The notes under the pieces: model-generated
What the model saw: only the letters and a program-made list of their open reading frames with translations
What the model was told of the DNA's origin: nothing
Databases searched by the model: none
Assembly (NCBI GenBank): GCA_964628885.1
Contig: CAZVMP010000001.1
Coordinates: forward strand, 43,459-107,458
From: an uncultured Gammaproteobacteria bacterium
GTDB taxonomy: Bacteria; Patescibacteriota; Microgenomatia; UBA12405
Reading direction: 5' to 3'
Length of the DNA: 64,000 bases
Position numbers and translations under genes: made by a program
Shown: positions 8,320-18,983 of the stretch, in pieces
Layout of the letters: each line of letters opens with the position of its first letter
Position numbering within the stretch: position 1 is the first letter of the stretch

Positions 8320-9615
8320 ATGCATAAAATTGCTGTTATTGGAGTTGGTTATGTTGGTTTAGTTACTAGCACCTGTTTTGCCCAGCTTGGTAATCAAGTT
8401 ATTGGCCTTGATATTGATAGTCAAAAAATAGCTAATCTTAAGAAAGGAATTATTCCTATCTATGAAGAAGGTTTGACCAAAATGGTTAAAGAAAATCTTA
8501 AATCCGGCAACCTTTCTTTTACTACTGATTTTAAAACTGCTGTTCAAAACTCCGATATTATTTTTATTGCTGTTGGCACTCCACCGCTTCCTGATGGTAG
8601 TGTTAACTTAAGTTATGTCAAGAATGCTGCCGAATCTATTGGTAAAAACATCAACGGCTATAAGGTAATTATTAATAAATCTACTGTTCCTATTGGTACT
8701 GGCGATGTTGTTAAAAATATTATCAAACGCGTCTACAAAGGTAGCTTTGATGTCGTTTCTAATCCTGAATTTCTCCGTGAAGGTAGTGCAGTGGCTGATT
8801 TTATGAACCCTGACCGAATTATTATTGGCAGCGACTCTCCAAAATCTAAAGAAATTATTAATAAACTTTATGCTCCTCAAAATTCTCCCATCGTTAATAC
8901 TGATATTAAAACTGCCGAGTTAATTAAATATGCTTCTAATGCTTTTTTAGCCACTTCCATTTCTTTTATCAACTCTGTTGCTAATATCTGCGAAAAAATT
9001 GGAGCTGATGTCAACAACGTTTCTTTAGGGATGAAACTTGATCCTCGTATTGGTCAAAAAGCCTTTTTAGCTGCTGGAGTTGGTTATGGTGGTAGCTGTT
9101 TTCCTAAAGACGTCAAAGGATTAATTCAAATTGCTCATGAAAATAAAGTTAGTTTTGATATTCTTGACGCCGTTGAAACTACTAATTTAGCTCAAAAAAA
9201 ATCCCTTCTTCCCAAAATTCAAAGTCTTCTGGACAGTGACTTAAATAATAAAAATATTACTATTTGGGGACTAGCTTTTAAGCCTAATACTGATGATGTT
9301 CGAGAAGCTCCCTCACTAACCATTGTTAAACAATTAGTCGATAGGGGAGCCGTCGTTACTGCCGTTGACCCCATTGCTACTGATAACTTTAAAAAATTTT
9401 TTGATGGTCAAATAAAATATCAGACTGATCTGATAAAATCAGTTACTAATGCCGATTGTCTGGTTATTGTTACCCAATGGCCTGAATTCAAAAACGTCAA
9501 TCTTAGCCAAGTCAAAAAAGTTATGAAACATCCCAATATCATTGATGGTCGCAATCTCTTTGACCCAAAAATTATCAAAAAACTTGGTTTTAATTATATT
9601 TCCGTTGGCCGCTGA
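8320..9615 (+). CDS. ugd: UDP-glucose 6-dehydrogenase
   Basis: GVGYVG, KSTVPIGT, SNPEFLREG, GYGGSCFPKD, GLAFKPNTDD. Confidence 0.95.
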   Translation: MHKIAVIGVGYVGLVTSTCFAQLGNQVIGLDIDSQKIANLKKGIIPIYEEGLTKMVKENLKSGNLSFTTDFKTAVQNSDIIFIAVGTPPLPDGSVNLSYVKNAAESIGKNINGYKVIINKSTVPIGTGDVVKNIIKRVYKGSFDVVSNPEFLREGSAVADFMNPDRIIIGSDSPKSKEIINKLYAPQNSPIVNTDIKTAELIKYASNAFLATSISFINSVANICEKIGADVNNVSLGMKLDPRIGQKAFLAAGVGYGGSCFPKDVKGLIQIAHENKVSFDILDAVETTNLAQKKSLLPKIQSLLDSDLNNKNITIWGLAFKPNTDDVREAPSLTIVKQLVDRGAVVTAVDPIATDNFKKFFDGQIKYQTDLIKSVTNADCLVIVTQWPEFKNVNLSQVKKVMKHPNIIDGRNLFDPKIIKKLGFNYISVGR

Positions 9616-9616
9616 C

Positions 9617-10591
9617 TTAATCTTTTTTAAACCGCTTGTGCCAATTCCAGGCATCTTTCATAATTGTCTCTAACTCAAAATATTTTGACTGCCAATTTAA
9701 AACTTTCTTTGCTTTAGTAGCATCAGCAATTAATATTGGGGGGTCACCTGGTCGACGATCTTTTTCTGTTACCTTAAAATCAATCCCAGTAACTTTTTTG
9801 GCTACATTTATCACTTCTTTTACTGAAAATCCTTGACCGTTACCCAAGTTAAAATAATTACTCTCTCCACCATTTATTAAATATTCTAAAGCTAAAACAT
9901 GAGCCTCAGCCAAATCCACCACATGAATATAATCCCGAATACATGTCCCGTCTGGAGTCTCATAATCAGTTCCAAAAATACCAATTTCTGGTCTAGCTCC
10001 AATTGCCGCATCCAAAGTTAATGGGATTAGATTAGAACTTGTTCCTTGCCATTCACCCACTTCACCTTCAGGTTCAGCCCCACAAGCATTAAAATACCTC
10101 AAAGAGACATATTTAAATCCATAAGCTTGTCCATAATCCCTCATTATATGTTCTACTATCAGTTTAGTTTCTCCATAAGGATTGATTGGATTTTGGGGAT
10201 GATTTTCATCAATTGGAATATATTTTGGCTCTCCAAAAATTGCCGCTGATGACGAAAAAATAAACTTATTAACCCCAGCCTCCTTCATTGCCTCAAACAA
10301 ATTTAAAGTGTTAGCAACATTATTCTTGTAATACTTTTGCGGATCGACCACTGATTCTCCCACCGCCTTAAAGGCGGCAAAATGTAACACTGCTTCAATT
10401 GAGTATTTTTTAAATACTTCTCTAATATCTTCAATTTTTCCTAAATCACCCTCAAAAAATTCCCCATATTTAATTAATTCTCTTTTTCCAGTGGATAAAT
10501 TATCAAAAACAACCGTTTTGATTCCTTTTTTATTTAACTCTTTATTAACTGTTGAACCGATATATCCGGCTCCACCGACAATTAAAATCAT
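9617..10591 (-). CDS. galE: UDP-glucose 4-epimerase
   Basis: GGAGYIG, YGETK, LRYFNA, DGTCIRDYIHV. Confidence 0.95.
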   Translation of the reverse strand: MILIVGGAGYIGSTVNKELNKKGIKTVVFDNLSTGKRELIKYGEFFEGDLGKIEDIREVFKKYSIEAVLHFAAFKAVGESVVDPQKYYKNNVANTLNLFEAMKEAGVNKFIFSSSAAIFGEPKYIPIDENHPQNPINPYGETKLIVEHIMRDYGQAYGFKYVSLRYFNACGAEPEGEVGEWQGTSSNLIPLTLDAAIGARPEIGIFGTDYETPDGTCIRDYIHVVDLAEAHVLALEYLINGGESNYFNLGNGQGFSVKEVINVAKKVTGIDFKVTEKDRRPGDPPILIADATKAKKVLNWQSKYFELETIMKDAWNWHKRFKKD

Positions 10592-10626
10592 CTTTAGATT
10601 AATAACTAACTAAACCATTTTATCAT

Positions 10627-11736
10627 TTATCCTAAGACTACTTTCTCCCAAGGATAACTACTATTTCCAAAATGCCCATATTTAGCCGTTTGTTGGTAAA
10701 TAGGTCTTTTTAAATCAAATTTCTTAATAATTCCTTCGATTGATAAATCCATTAAATTCCAACAAAATTTTTCAATTTCTTTAATATTACTTTTAGCGCT
10801 ACCAAAAGTCTCTATCGACTTAACCATGGCATCTTTTTGCCCAATCACATAAGCTAACTGAACTTCACATCTATCAACTAAACCTGCCGCCACGATATTT
10901 TTAGCCAGATATCTGGCAGCATAAGCCCCACTTCTATCAACCTTTGTTGGGTCTTTGCCAGAAAAACAACCACCACCAATTCTTCCCATTCCTCCATAGC
11001 TATCAACTACGATTTTTCTTCCAGTCACTCCAGTATCGACTGCTGGACCACCTATTTTCCAAACTCCAGTTCCGTTCAAAATTACTTTGTCCTTTCCAAC
11101 CTTATTAAGCCCAAACTCATCTAATAACGGCAAAATTACTAATTTATACAAATCATTAGTTACCTCATTTATAGAAATATCACCACCATATGGTTTGGCT
11201 AAAATAATTTTTTCAATTGATTTTGGAAAACCGTTTTTATAAGACACGCTTACTTCAGCTTTACCATCAGGCCGAAGATATGGTAAATCTGACAACATTA
11301 ATTCATCCATTTTCTGACAAATACTACGTGCCAACATTATTGGTAATGGCATCAATTCTCGAGTTTCTCGACAAGCATAACCATACATCATCCCTTGATC
11401 TCCAGCCCCTTTGTTATCAACTCCCAGAGCAATATCTTCAGATTGTTGATGAATTAAAACTTTTATTGGACTTTGATGCCAAAAACCAAATTCTTTATCA
11501 GTATAACCAAGTTTTTTAATTACCTTTCTGGCCACAGATTGATAGTCTATTTTTTCCCGACAACTAACTTCTCCTGCCATGATTAAACAATTAGAAGTAG
11601 CCAATGTTTCAACTGCCACCCTGGCATTACCATCCTTTGATAAAGCTTTATCTAAAATGGCATCTGACACCTGATCACAAATTTTATCTGGATGACCAGC
11701 ACAAACCGACTCAGAAACAAAAATAGGGTAATTCAT
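10627..11736 (-). CDS. metK: S-adenosylmethionine synthetase
   Basis: ESV..GHPDKICD, GAGDQG, TGRKIVVD, GKDPTKVDRSGAY. Confidence 0.97.
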   Translation of the reverse strand: MNYPIFVSESVCAGHPDKICDQVSDAILDKALSKDGNARVAVETLATSNCLIMAGEVSCREKIDYQSVARKVIKKLGYTDKEFGFWHQSPIKVLIHQQSEDIALGVDNKGAGDQGMMYGYACRETRELMPLPIMLARSICQKMDELMLSDLPYLRPDGKAEVSVSYKNGFPKSIEKIILAKPYGGDISINEVTNDLYKLVILPLLDEFGLNKVGKDKVILNGTGVWKIGGPAVDTGVTGRKIVVDSYGGMGRIGGGCFSGKDPTKVDRSGAYAARYLAKNIVAAGLVDRCEVQLAYVIGQKDAMVKSIETFGSAKSNIKEIEKFCWNLMDLSIEGIIKKFDLKRPIYQQTAKYGHFGNSSYPWEKVVLG

Positions 11737-11763
11737 ATTTTTCCTTTCTAAATTAATAAAGGC

Positions 11764-11846
11764 CTATCTTCCTTTTTTAGGAAAAGCACCGTGAACTTAT
11801 TTTGTCTCGGTTGCTGCCACTGATTTAAAATCAGGACTCTTGATAG
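11764..11846 (-). ncRNA. Compact SAM-I-family riboswitch aptamer upstream of metK
   Basis: Minus strand: CTATCAAGAG-P2(CTGATTT/AAATCAG)-AGCAACC..GGTGCT (P3)-P4(TCCT/AGGA)-AGATAG; P1 = CTATC/GATAG. Confidence 0.85.
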
Positions 11847-11879
11847 TTAATTTGATTATTAAACATCTTTTTCAAAATG

Positions 11880-12830
11880 TCAAAGCTTTTTTTCTCGACT
11901 CCTTTTAAAATCTGGAGTTAAAGTCACTAGTCCACCAATTAAAGAAGTTATTATTCCTAAAATACCAGAGAATGTCGACATCAACAGTACACTTTCTCCT
12001 GAAGTTGTCCCGGTTACAAAAAAGTATAAAAATAATTGCTCTCTAGCTCCAAAACCAGCAAAAGATATCGGCAAGGTTAATATTGTTGATATCACTGGTA
12101 AAAATATCAATATTGATATTACTGATAAATTAGTTCCAAAATACCAACCTATAAACCAAACTTGTCCAATCCAAAACATATCACTTACCAACGATATCCC
12201 CAAAGACTTTAATATCTGACCTAAATTATTTTTATCTACCAAATCAACTATTTCACCAAACTTTTTCAACCACTTAAATCTTAAAATTTTTCTAACATCA
12301 AAGAAAATAACTAAAATATAAAATAGCAAGCAGCCAATAAATAATCCCAGAAACATTATCCGAATAATAACTGGAATTTCCACCCCTTTTATTCCTGCTA
12401 CAAAAATCATTATAAATCCCAAAAAAACAAATACCGTTAATCCAATAAATCTATCTAATAATATTGACCCTAATAATTTTGATTTTGGAATTTCCGGATA
12501 TTTTTCATCAATAATGATCCACTTTAAGGCATCACCAGCTAATGCTGATGAGGGTAAAAACAATCCATAAAACGAAGCCGATAAACTTGATTTTAAAAAC
12601 AAGATAACATCTTTTAGTTTTGGCTTTTTAAGAATCAGCAAACTCCATCGCCAAGAAACTAAGCCTACCAATGTTAAACTGATCAGGATATTTGCCACTA
12701 TAAACCACCATTCAACTTTCGATAATTCTCTTAACAAAAAAGCTACATCTACCGTTCTAAAAGCAAAATAAATCAACACCGACGATATCAGAATCTTAAT
12801 TATTTTAGAATTTATTATTTTCTTAAACAT
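11880..12830 (-). CDS. Lysylphosphatidylglycerol-synthase-TM / flippase-like (UPF0104) membrane protein
   Basis: RW..L, LPSS..GD, LLDRF.GL, LPISFAGFGARE. Confidence 0.85.
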   Translation of the reverse strand: MFKKIINSKIIKILISSVLIYFAFRTVDVAFLLRELSKVEWWFIVANILISLTLVGLVSWRWSLLILKKPKLKDVILFLKSSLSASFYGLFLPSSALAGDALKWIIIDEKYPEIPKSKLLGSILLDRFIGLTVFVFLGFIMIFVAGIKGVEIPVIIRIMFLGLFIGCLLFYILVIFFDVRKILRFKWLKKFGEIVDLVDKNNLGQILKSLGISLVSDMFWIGQVWFIGWYFGTNLSVISILIFLPVISTILTLPISFAGFGAREQLFLYFFVTGTTSGESVLLMSTFSGILGIITSLIGGLVTLTPDFKRSREKKL

Positions 12831-12873
12831 GTCTCAACCATTAGAATAGCACGTATAATAATTGTAAATAAAT

Positions 12874-14097
12874 ATGTCCAAAGTTTTACTCATCAGTCAT
12901 ATTTTTCCGCCGGCCATTGATGGCGGATCAAAAGTTATTTATAAACTTGGTCAATACCTTAAATCTCAAAACTTTGATGTCTTGTATCTTTCTTCTAACT
13001 GCTCTAGTAGCGATGATTTTATTAACCCAAAATACCAACCGTCACCCCAATTAACCTCTAACCAGATCAAACTTCCGGTTTATCACCGTCTCCGCCGACC
13101 TTTAAAATTCATTAATCTTTTTATCCCTCAAAAAACCTATCTTCACGGTCTCTTATCTGTTTTTCAAAAAGGCCCAGTTTTTCGCTTGTTTCCATTCTTA
13201 AAATCGATCTCTATTATTATAAAATTTCGTCCCGATTATATTATTGCTGGCCCACTTCCCACTACTAATGTTTGGTACGCTCATTTTTTAAAAAAAATTA
13301 TCCAAAAAATATCCCATCACCCAGTTAAGATTTTGATTAACGCTTCATTCCATCCTTCAGACCCTGATTTCTATCAACTTCCTTTAGTTTGTGCTCTCCA
13401 ACAATCAGATTATCTCTGGACACTTTCCCAATTTGAAACCAATTACTTTATTAACCAATTTCATATTCCTCCCTCAAAAATTATTCTTGCCGGTAACGGA
13501 GTTGATGATAAATTTATCAAAAAAAATTCTACCCCAAAACCTCAACCATTAACCAACCTCCTCTTTATTGGATCTCTTTCTGCCCACAAAGGCATTAAGA
13601 CTCTTATTAATAGCTTTAACCATTTAGTCTTAAATCAGAATCAAACAAATCTTAGACTAATTATTGCTGGTCAAAAAACTCTTTATTATCCTGTCATTAA
13701 ACAACAAATTAACACCCTTCCTAAATCAGTTTCTCAAAAAATAAAATTCGTTTTTAACTTTCCTCAAAACAAACTCCAAAAACTCATTGATAATGCTTAT
13801 CTTTTAATTTTACCCTCACATTACGAAAGCTTTGGTTTGGTGGTTATTGAAGCCTGGGCCAGAGGAAAACCGGTTATCACTAGTAATATTCCAGCTCTTA
13901 ATGAAATTGTTTCTCAAGCCAAAGGTGGACTAAGCTTTAAATTAGATGATTTCCAACACCTCTCCTCCCAAATTATGAAATTAATTAAATCTCCTCAAAC
14001 AGCAGTTATACTTGGGCAAAATGGTAAAAAATATGTTAAAAATAATTATCTATGGACAAAAGTCGGACAAAAAATATGTCAAAAATTATTATCTTAA
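12874..14097 (+). CDS. GT4 glycosyltransferase
   Basis: FPPAIDGG, HKG, ESFGLVVIEAWARGKPV. Confidence 0.9.
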   Translation: MSKVLLISHIFPPAIDGGSKVIYKLGQYLKSQNFDVLYLSSNCSSSDDFINPKYQPSPQLTSNQIKLPVYHRLRRPLKFINLFIPQKTYLHGLLSVFQKGPVFRLFPFLKSISIIIKFRPDYIIAGPLPTTNVWYAHFLKKIIQKISHHPVKILINASFHPSDPDFYQLPLVCALQQSDYLWTLSQFETNYFINQFHIPPSKIILAGNGVDDKFIKKNSTPKPQPLTNLLFIGSLSAHKGIKTLINSFNHLVLNQNQTNLRLIIAGQKTLYYPVIKQQINTLPKSVSQKIKFVFNFPQNKLQKLIDNAYLLILPSHYESFGLVVIEAWARGKPVITSNIPALNEIVSQAKGGLSFKLDDFQHLSSQIMKLIKSPQTAVILGQNGKKYVKNNYLWTKVGQKICQKLLS

Positions 14098-14540
14098 TTA
14101 TCATCGTAATTGTTGCTGGCATTATTTACTTTATATCTCAACCAAAAAATAAATCTCAAAATTTTGATCAAAATATTAGCATCAACATCAAAGGAAACCC
14201 TTATTATCTTGAAGTTGCTAAAACTTTTACCTCTAGACAAAAGGGCTTATCTAACAGAACCGAACTTTGCTCTAATTGCGGAATGTTATTTGTTTTTGAC
14301 CGTGAAGGAAAATATCCTTTTTGGATGAAAGATACCAAAATTCCTCTAGATATTATTTGGTTAAACTCAAAATTTGAGATTGTAAAAATTATTACTGCCA
14401 CCGAAACCAACTCTCTTAAGAGTTTTACTAACAACCAACCTGCTATGTATGTTATTGAATTAAATGCTAATGAATCTTTTAGACTCGATCTAAAAATAGG
14501 GGATATTATTCAACTATCCACTTCCGGTAATGAAGTCTAA
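14076..14540 (+). CDS. DUF192 domain protein
   Basis: RQKGLS, GMLFVF, FWMKDTKIPLDIIW, YVIELNA; start MSKII overlaps the upstream gene end. Confidence 0.88.
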   Translation: MSKIIILIIIVIVAGIIYFISQPKNKSQNFDQNISINIKGNPYYLEVAKTFTSRQKGLSNRTELCSNCGMLFVFDREGKYPFWMKDTKIPLDIIWLNSKFEIVKIITATETNSLKSFTNNQPAMYVIELNANESFRLDLKIGDIIQLSTSGNEV

Positions 14541-15537
14541 AACCCACCTCAATCTTAACTACTCTATCATTATTCCTAATTATAATGGTTCTGCCTTTAT
14601 CCTTGATTGTCTTAAATCACTTTTTTCTGCCATTAAAAAATGTCCCAAAAACCAGTTTGAAATTATCTTAGTAGATAACAACTCTCACGATAATAGTCCC
14701 AAAATATTTAAAAGTTTTTTTAAAAAAAATAATCTACCTCATCTCCAATCTAATATTTATCAGCTAACTTCTAACTTGGGTTTTGCTGCTGCCGTCAACC
14801 ACGGTATTAATCAAGCCAAACATTCTTTTGTGGTTGTTACCAATAATGATATCGTTTTAAAATCTGACTGGTTTAAGCTTGTTTCCAATGCTATTGCTCA
14901 AAATCAATTACCTAAAATTTCAACCTTCTTTGGAACCGTTTTAACCCGTGACGGTAAAAAATTTGAATCTCAAGGATTAAAATTCTTTCTAAACGGGCGC
15001 TGTCATAATATTTCCAACGGCAAAAAATTTATTTCCTCTAAACTAAGCTCTCAAAACATCCCTTCCTGGGGAGCTTCTGCCGCCTTAGCCGTTTACCCTA
15101 AAAAAATAATTCAATCAGTTGGACTCTTTGATTCAACTTTTTTTGCCTATGAAGAAGATGTTGATTTATCCCTTCGTTTTCATAAACTTGGCTACCAATC
15201 TCTCTACATTCCCCAAGCTATTTCTTACCACTGGGGAGGCTCTACCAGTAAACTAATGGGGAATTTCCGTCATCGTATGGATGCTAAAAATTGGATTTAT
15301 ATTATCATTAAAAATTATTCTGCCCAAGAATTTTGGACAAACTGTTGGCAAATTTTTATTGAACGTCTTAGAAATTTTTCCGGACTTATCAAAAACACTC
15401 TTAAAATTTATAAACTAAAATCAATTTTCCGCCTACCACTAGATATCATTTCCACTTACGGAGAAGTTATCATTAAACTTCCAGAAATGTTTCAAAAACG
15501 CCATCAAATCCAAAAAATGATAAAATATCATTATTAA
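14530..15537 (+). CDS. GT2 glycosyltransferase (rhamnosyltransferase-like)
   Basis: IIPNYNG, DNNSHD, NLGFAAAVN, FFAYEEDVDL. Confidence 0.9.
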   Translation: MKSKTHLNLNYSIIIPNYNGSAFILDCLKSLFSAIKKCPKNQFEIILVDNNSHDNSPKIFKSFFKKNNLPHLQSNIYQLTSNLGFAAAVNHGINQAKHSFVVVTNNDIVLKSDWFKLVSNAIAQNQLPKISTFFGTVLTRDGKKFESQGLKFFLNGRCHNISNGKKFISSKLSSQNIPSWGASAALAVYPKKIIQSVGLFDSTFFAYEEDVDLSLRFHKLGYQSLYIPQAISYHWGGSTSKLMGNFRHRMDAKNWIYIIIKNYSAQEFWTNCWQIFIERLRNFSGLIKNTLKIYKLKSIFRLPLDIISTYGEVIIKLPEMFQKRHQIQKMIKYHY

Positions 15538-15577
15538 TTTTTATTAAACATCCTAAAGCCGCCCTTCTAATAACAAT

Positions 15578-16708
15578 ATGATTATCGGAATTGATGTTTC
15601 TTCTGTCTGTTACCAAACCGGCGTTAGTAACTATACTTTAAATTTAATCAGAAATTTAATTACTCTTGATAAAACCAATCACTATAAATTATTTTATTCT
15701 TCACTTAGAATGCCCTTACCCGAATCTATTAAGTCGCTTGGGCAAAAAACTAATGTTACTATTTTTCATTACCGTCTTCCGCCAACCTTGTTACAATTTA
15801 TTTGGAATCAGTTTAGAATTTTACCTATAGAACTTTTTATCGGTAAATGTCATCTCTTTCACACTTCTGACTGGACTCAGCCTCCGACTTTTTTTGCCAA
15901 AACTATTGCTACTATTCACGACCTAACTCCATTCTTATATCCCCAATGGCACCACCCTAAGGTTATTAATGCTCACCGTCGCAAAATGCATTGGGCTGTC
16001 AAAAAATGTCAACATCTCATTTGTGTCTCTAAAAACACCCAATCTGATTTACTAAAACTATTTCCTAGTTTCAATCCTAAAAACACCAGCATTATTTACG
16101 AATCAGCTGAATCAAAATATGGCCAATTCCTCAAACTACCCCCTTTGTCTCAAGAAAAGAAAAAACTAGTCATCAAAAAACAGTATGGTTTAGAAAACTT
16201 TATTTTAGCCCAAGGCACGAGAGAACCTAGAAAAAACCTTAATCGTCTTATGGAAGCCTTTATTCTCTTTAAAAAGAAGTATCCTAAAACTAGGATTCAA
16301 CTGGCAATTACTGGCAAATATGGTTGGGGACAAGATATTACCATCAAAGATCCTAGTATTAAAATACTCGGATTTATCCCCGAGAAAAATATGGTTGGAC
16401 TCCATGCCAGTGCTATCTGTTTAGCCTATCCATCACTTTACGAAGGTTTTGGTCTCCCGATTATTAAATCTCTTAAAGTTGGTGTTCCAGTCATCACCAG
16501 TAATAATTCCTCATTAATAGAAATTTCTCAAGGAGCCGCCGTTTTAGTTGACCCAACTTCTACTAAAGATATTGCTAAAGCTATAGAAAAAATTGTTCAT
16601 TCTAAAAAAACCCGCCAACAACTTAGCCATAAAGGATTAGAAATCGCTAAAAAATTCAGTTGGCAAACTGCTGCCAAAGAAACCTTACAAATTTATAATT
16701 CTATTTAA
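15578..16708 (+). CDS. GT4 glycosyltransferase (MtfB-like)
   Basis: TIHDL, EPRKN, YEGFGLP. Confidence 0.9.
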   Translation: MIIGIDVSSVCYQTGVSNYTLNLIRNLITLDKTNHYKLFYSSLRMPLPESIKSLGQKTNVTIFHYRLPPTLLQFIWNQFRILPIELFIGKCHLFHTSDWTQPPTFFAKTIATIHDLTPFLYPQWHHPKVINAHRRKMHWAVKKCQHLICVSKNTQSDLLKLFPSFNPKNTSIIYESAESKYGQFLKLPPLSQEKKKLVIKKQYGLENFILAQGTREPRKNLNRLMEAFILFKKKYPKTRIQLAITGKYGWGQDITIKDPSIKILGFIPEKNMVGLHASAICLAYPSLYEGFGLPIIKSLKVGVPVITSNNSSLIEISQGAAVLVDPTSTKDIAKAIEKIVHSKKTRQQLSHKGLEIAKKFSWQTAAKETLQIYNSI

Positions 16709-16709
16709 T

Positions 16710-17822
16710 ATGTTAATCGGCATTGATGGTAATGAAGCCAATGTTGTTAATAAAGTTGGAGTTGGTCAATATGCCTTTAAACTCCTTTGGTATCTCTATC
16801 ACCTCGATCAAAAAAATCATTACTTAATTTACCTCAAAGACCAACCATCCCCAGACCTACCTCCAGCTAACACTAATTGGCAATATCAAGTTTTTGGCCC
16901 AGCCAAACTTTGGACCAGGTTTGCTCTACCACTCCGATTACTGTTTCAAAAACAAAAACTTAATCTTTTTTTCTCTCCCAGTCACTATTCTCCAATTTTT
17001 TCAAGATTTCCAACAATTCCCACTATTCACGATATTGGTTATCTCCAATTTAAAGATCAATTTAATCACAAAGACCTACACCAACTAATTTATTGGACTC
17101 AACAATCCCTCCAACAAGCCAAAGAGATTGTCACTGTCTCTCAATTTTCTAAAAACGAAATTATTAAAACTTATCAAGTAGACCCTAAAAAAATTACTAT
17201 TGCCTACAACGGGGTTGATAACCCTCCAAAAATTAATTCCAAAACTCAACAAAAAATTCTATCAAGCTACCAGCTCCAAACCAACAACTATTATCTCTAT
17301 CTCGGAACTCTTAAACCTAATAAAAATATTCCTTTTCTTATTCAATCTTTTGCCCTACTTCTTAAAACTTCAAAACCTCCTCACCCAAAGTTAGTTATTG
17401 CTGGTAAAAAAGGCTGGTTGTTTGACGAAATTTTTGCCACTGTTAAAAAAGAGGGGATTACTAATCAAGTAGTTTTTACTGACTTTGTTAGCGAAGATCA
17501 AAAATGGACACTTTATCAACACGCCATCGCTTCAGTTTTACCCAGCACTTACGAAGGCTTTGGAATTCCCGCCATTGAATCAATGAAAGTTGGCACTCCG
17601 GTTGTGGTTTCTTCCATCCCTCCCTTTAAAGAAGTCGTTCAAGATAGTGGTTTATTTATTAATCCTGCCGACAAAAATGATCTTTGTCAAAAAATGATTG
17701 AGATTGCCAATCCAAAGATAAATAAAAAGTTTTCAAAACTAGCCAAGGCTCAAGCTGATAAATTTACCTGGGAATCAACCGCAAAAACAATTATCAATCT
17801 ATTTAATAAATATCAAAAATAG
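16710..17822 (+). CDS. GT4 glycosyltransferase (MtfB-like)
   Basis: TIHDI, GTLKPNKN, YEGFGIPAIESM. Confidence 0.9.
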   Translation: MLIGIDGNEANVVNKVGVGQYAFKLLWYLYHLDQKNHYLIYLKDQPSPDLPPANTNWQYQVFGPAKLWTRFALPLRLLFQKQKLNLFFSPSHYSPIFSRFPTIPTIHDIGYLQFKDQFNHKDLHQLIYWTQQSLQQAKEIVTVSQFSKNEIIKTYQVDPKKITIAYNGVDNPPKINSKTQQKILSSYQLQTNNYYLYLGTLKPNKNIPFLIQSFALLLKTSKPPHPKLVIAGKKGWLFDEIFATVKKEGITNQVVFTDFVSEDQKWTLYQHAIASVLPSTYEGFGIPAIESMKVGTPVVVSSIPPFKEVVQDSGLFINPADKNDLCQKMIEIANPKINKKFSKLAKAQADKFTWESTAKTIINLFNKYQK

Positions 17823-17853
17823 TCATCCTCTTTAAAACTGTTAAACTATAGCT

Positions 17854-18447
17854 ATGAAAGACAGAAATGGTCAATCTCTTAGCCCCCAAAAAACATTTCA
17901 AAAAATAGTTATCCGTATTCAAACTATTTTTTTAGAATTCTGGCTGATGATATTACGTCTGGTTGGTTTTATTCCTCTTCATTTTGTTAGAAAAATCTTT
18001 TATCTTCTTTCCGGAATTAATCTCCCTTGGGATTCTACTATTCACCTCGGTGCCAACTTTTTTAAACCTTCAAATATTACCATTGGTCATGACACTATTA
18101 TTGGAGATCATTGTTTTCTTGACGGTCGAGCTCCTTTAACTATTGGCAATCATGTTGGAATTGCCAGCCAAGTCCTTATTTATAACGACGAACATAACAT
18201 CAACTCACCAGAATATGACAATTCTTTTGGACCTGTTACTATTGGCGACTATGTTTTTATTGGCCCCAGAGCTATTATTTTACCCAACATTAATATTGGT
18301 AAGGGGGCTGTTGTTGCTGCTGGAGCGGTTGTTACTAAAAATATTCCTGATTTTGAAATCTGGGGAGGAGTCCCAGCTCAAAAAATATCCACCAGAAAAA
18401 TCACTAATCCGAATTATAAACTCGGCCGCCCCATGTTATTTCAATAA
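17854..18447 (+). CDS. Hexapeptide-repeat O-acetyltransferase
   Basis: Left-handed beta-helix repeats, IGKGAVVAAGAVVTK, WGGVPA. Confidence 0.9.
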   Translation: MKDRNGQSLSPQKTFQKIVIRIQTIFLEFWLMILRLVGFIPLHFVRKIFYLLSGINLPWDSTIHLGANFFKPSNITIGHDTIIGDHCFLDGRAPLTIGNHVGIASQVLIYNDEHNINSPEYDNSFGPVTIGDYVFIGPRAIILPNINIGKGAVVAAGAVVTKNIPDFEIWGGVPAQKISTRKITNPNYKLGRPMLFQ

Positions 18448-18983
18448 TGATTAAAAAAATCTTCTATTCCTTACTTGTTCTTTTCAATCTCTTATCTTTA
18501 ATTTATTTAATTTCCCCCCTACCAGACCTTCCTGATCTTCCTAATAGCATCAAATCAGATTTACCCGGAGACACTATTCAAATAAGCAATGTTTCTGCCT
18601 ACTACACCAATATGAGTCGAACCGAAGTTATGAATTTTTATAAAGCCTACTACACCGGTATTTTTCGATTTAACCTTAACCATCCTCCTGAAAAAGCCCA
18701 AGATATTATTGTTGACACCATCCCCAGTTATTATCTAGAAGAAATTGTCCTCCCCTTAAAAGAATCCCTCTATATCAACGGTTTTGAATGGGAAAAAGAT
18801 GTTTTTACTAAACCTGAAAACCGAATTAAAAACAAACTAATCTATCAAGACAAAGAATACCACGCTAAAATTACTCTCCGCCGTTTTCCTACCAGTATTG
18901 CTAACCGCCTAATAACTTTTTTTATCACCGAAATTTCCTTAATTATTACTTTCTTTGCCCTTAAATCATTTCTTAAAAAATGA
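18447..18983 (+). CDS. Hypothetical membrane protein (N- and C-terminal TM)
   Basis: Overlapping stop/start in operon; PGDT..I and NHPPE segments. Confidence 0.7.
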   Translation: MIKKIFYSLLVLFNLLSLIYLISPLPDLPDLPNSIKSDLPGDTIQISNVSAYYTNMSRTEVMNFYKAYYTGIFRFNLNHPPEKAQDIIVDTIPSYYLEEIVLPLKESLYINGFEWEKDVFTKPENRIKNKLIYQDKEYHAKITLRRFPTSIANRLITFFITEISLIITFFALKSFLKK

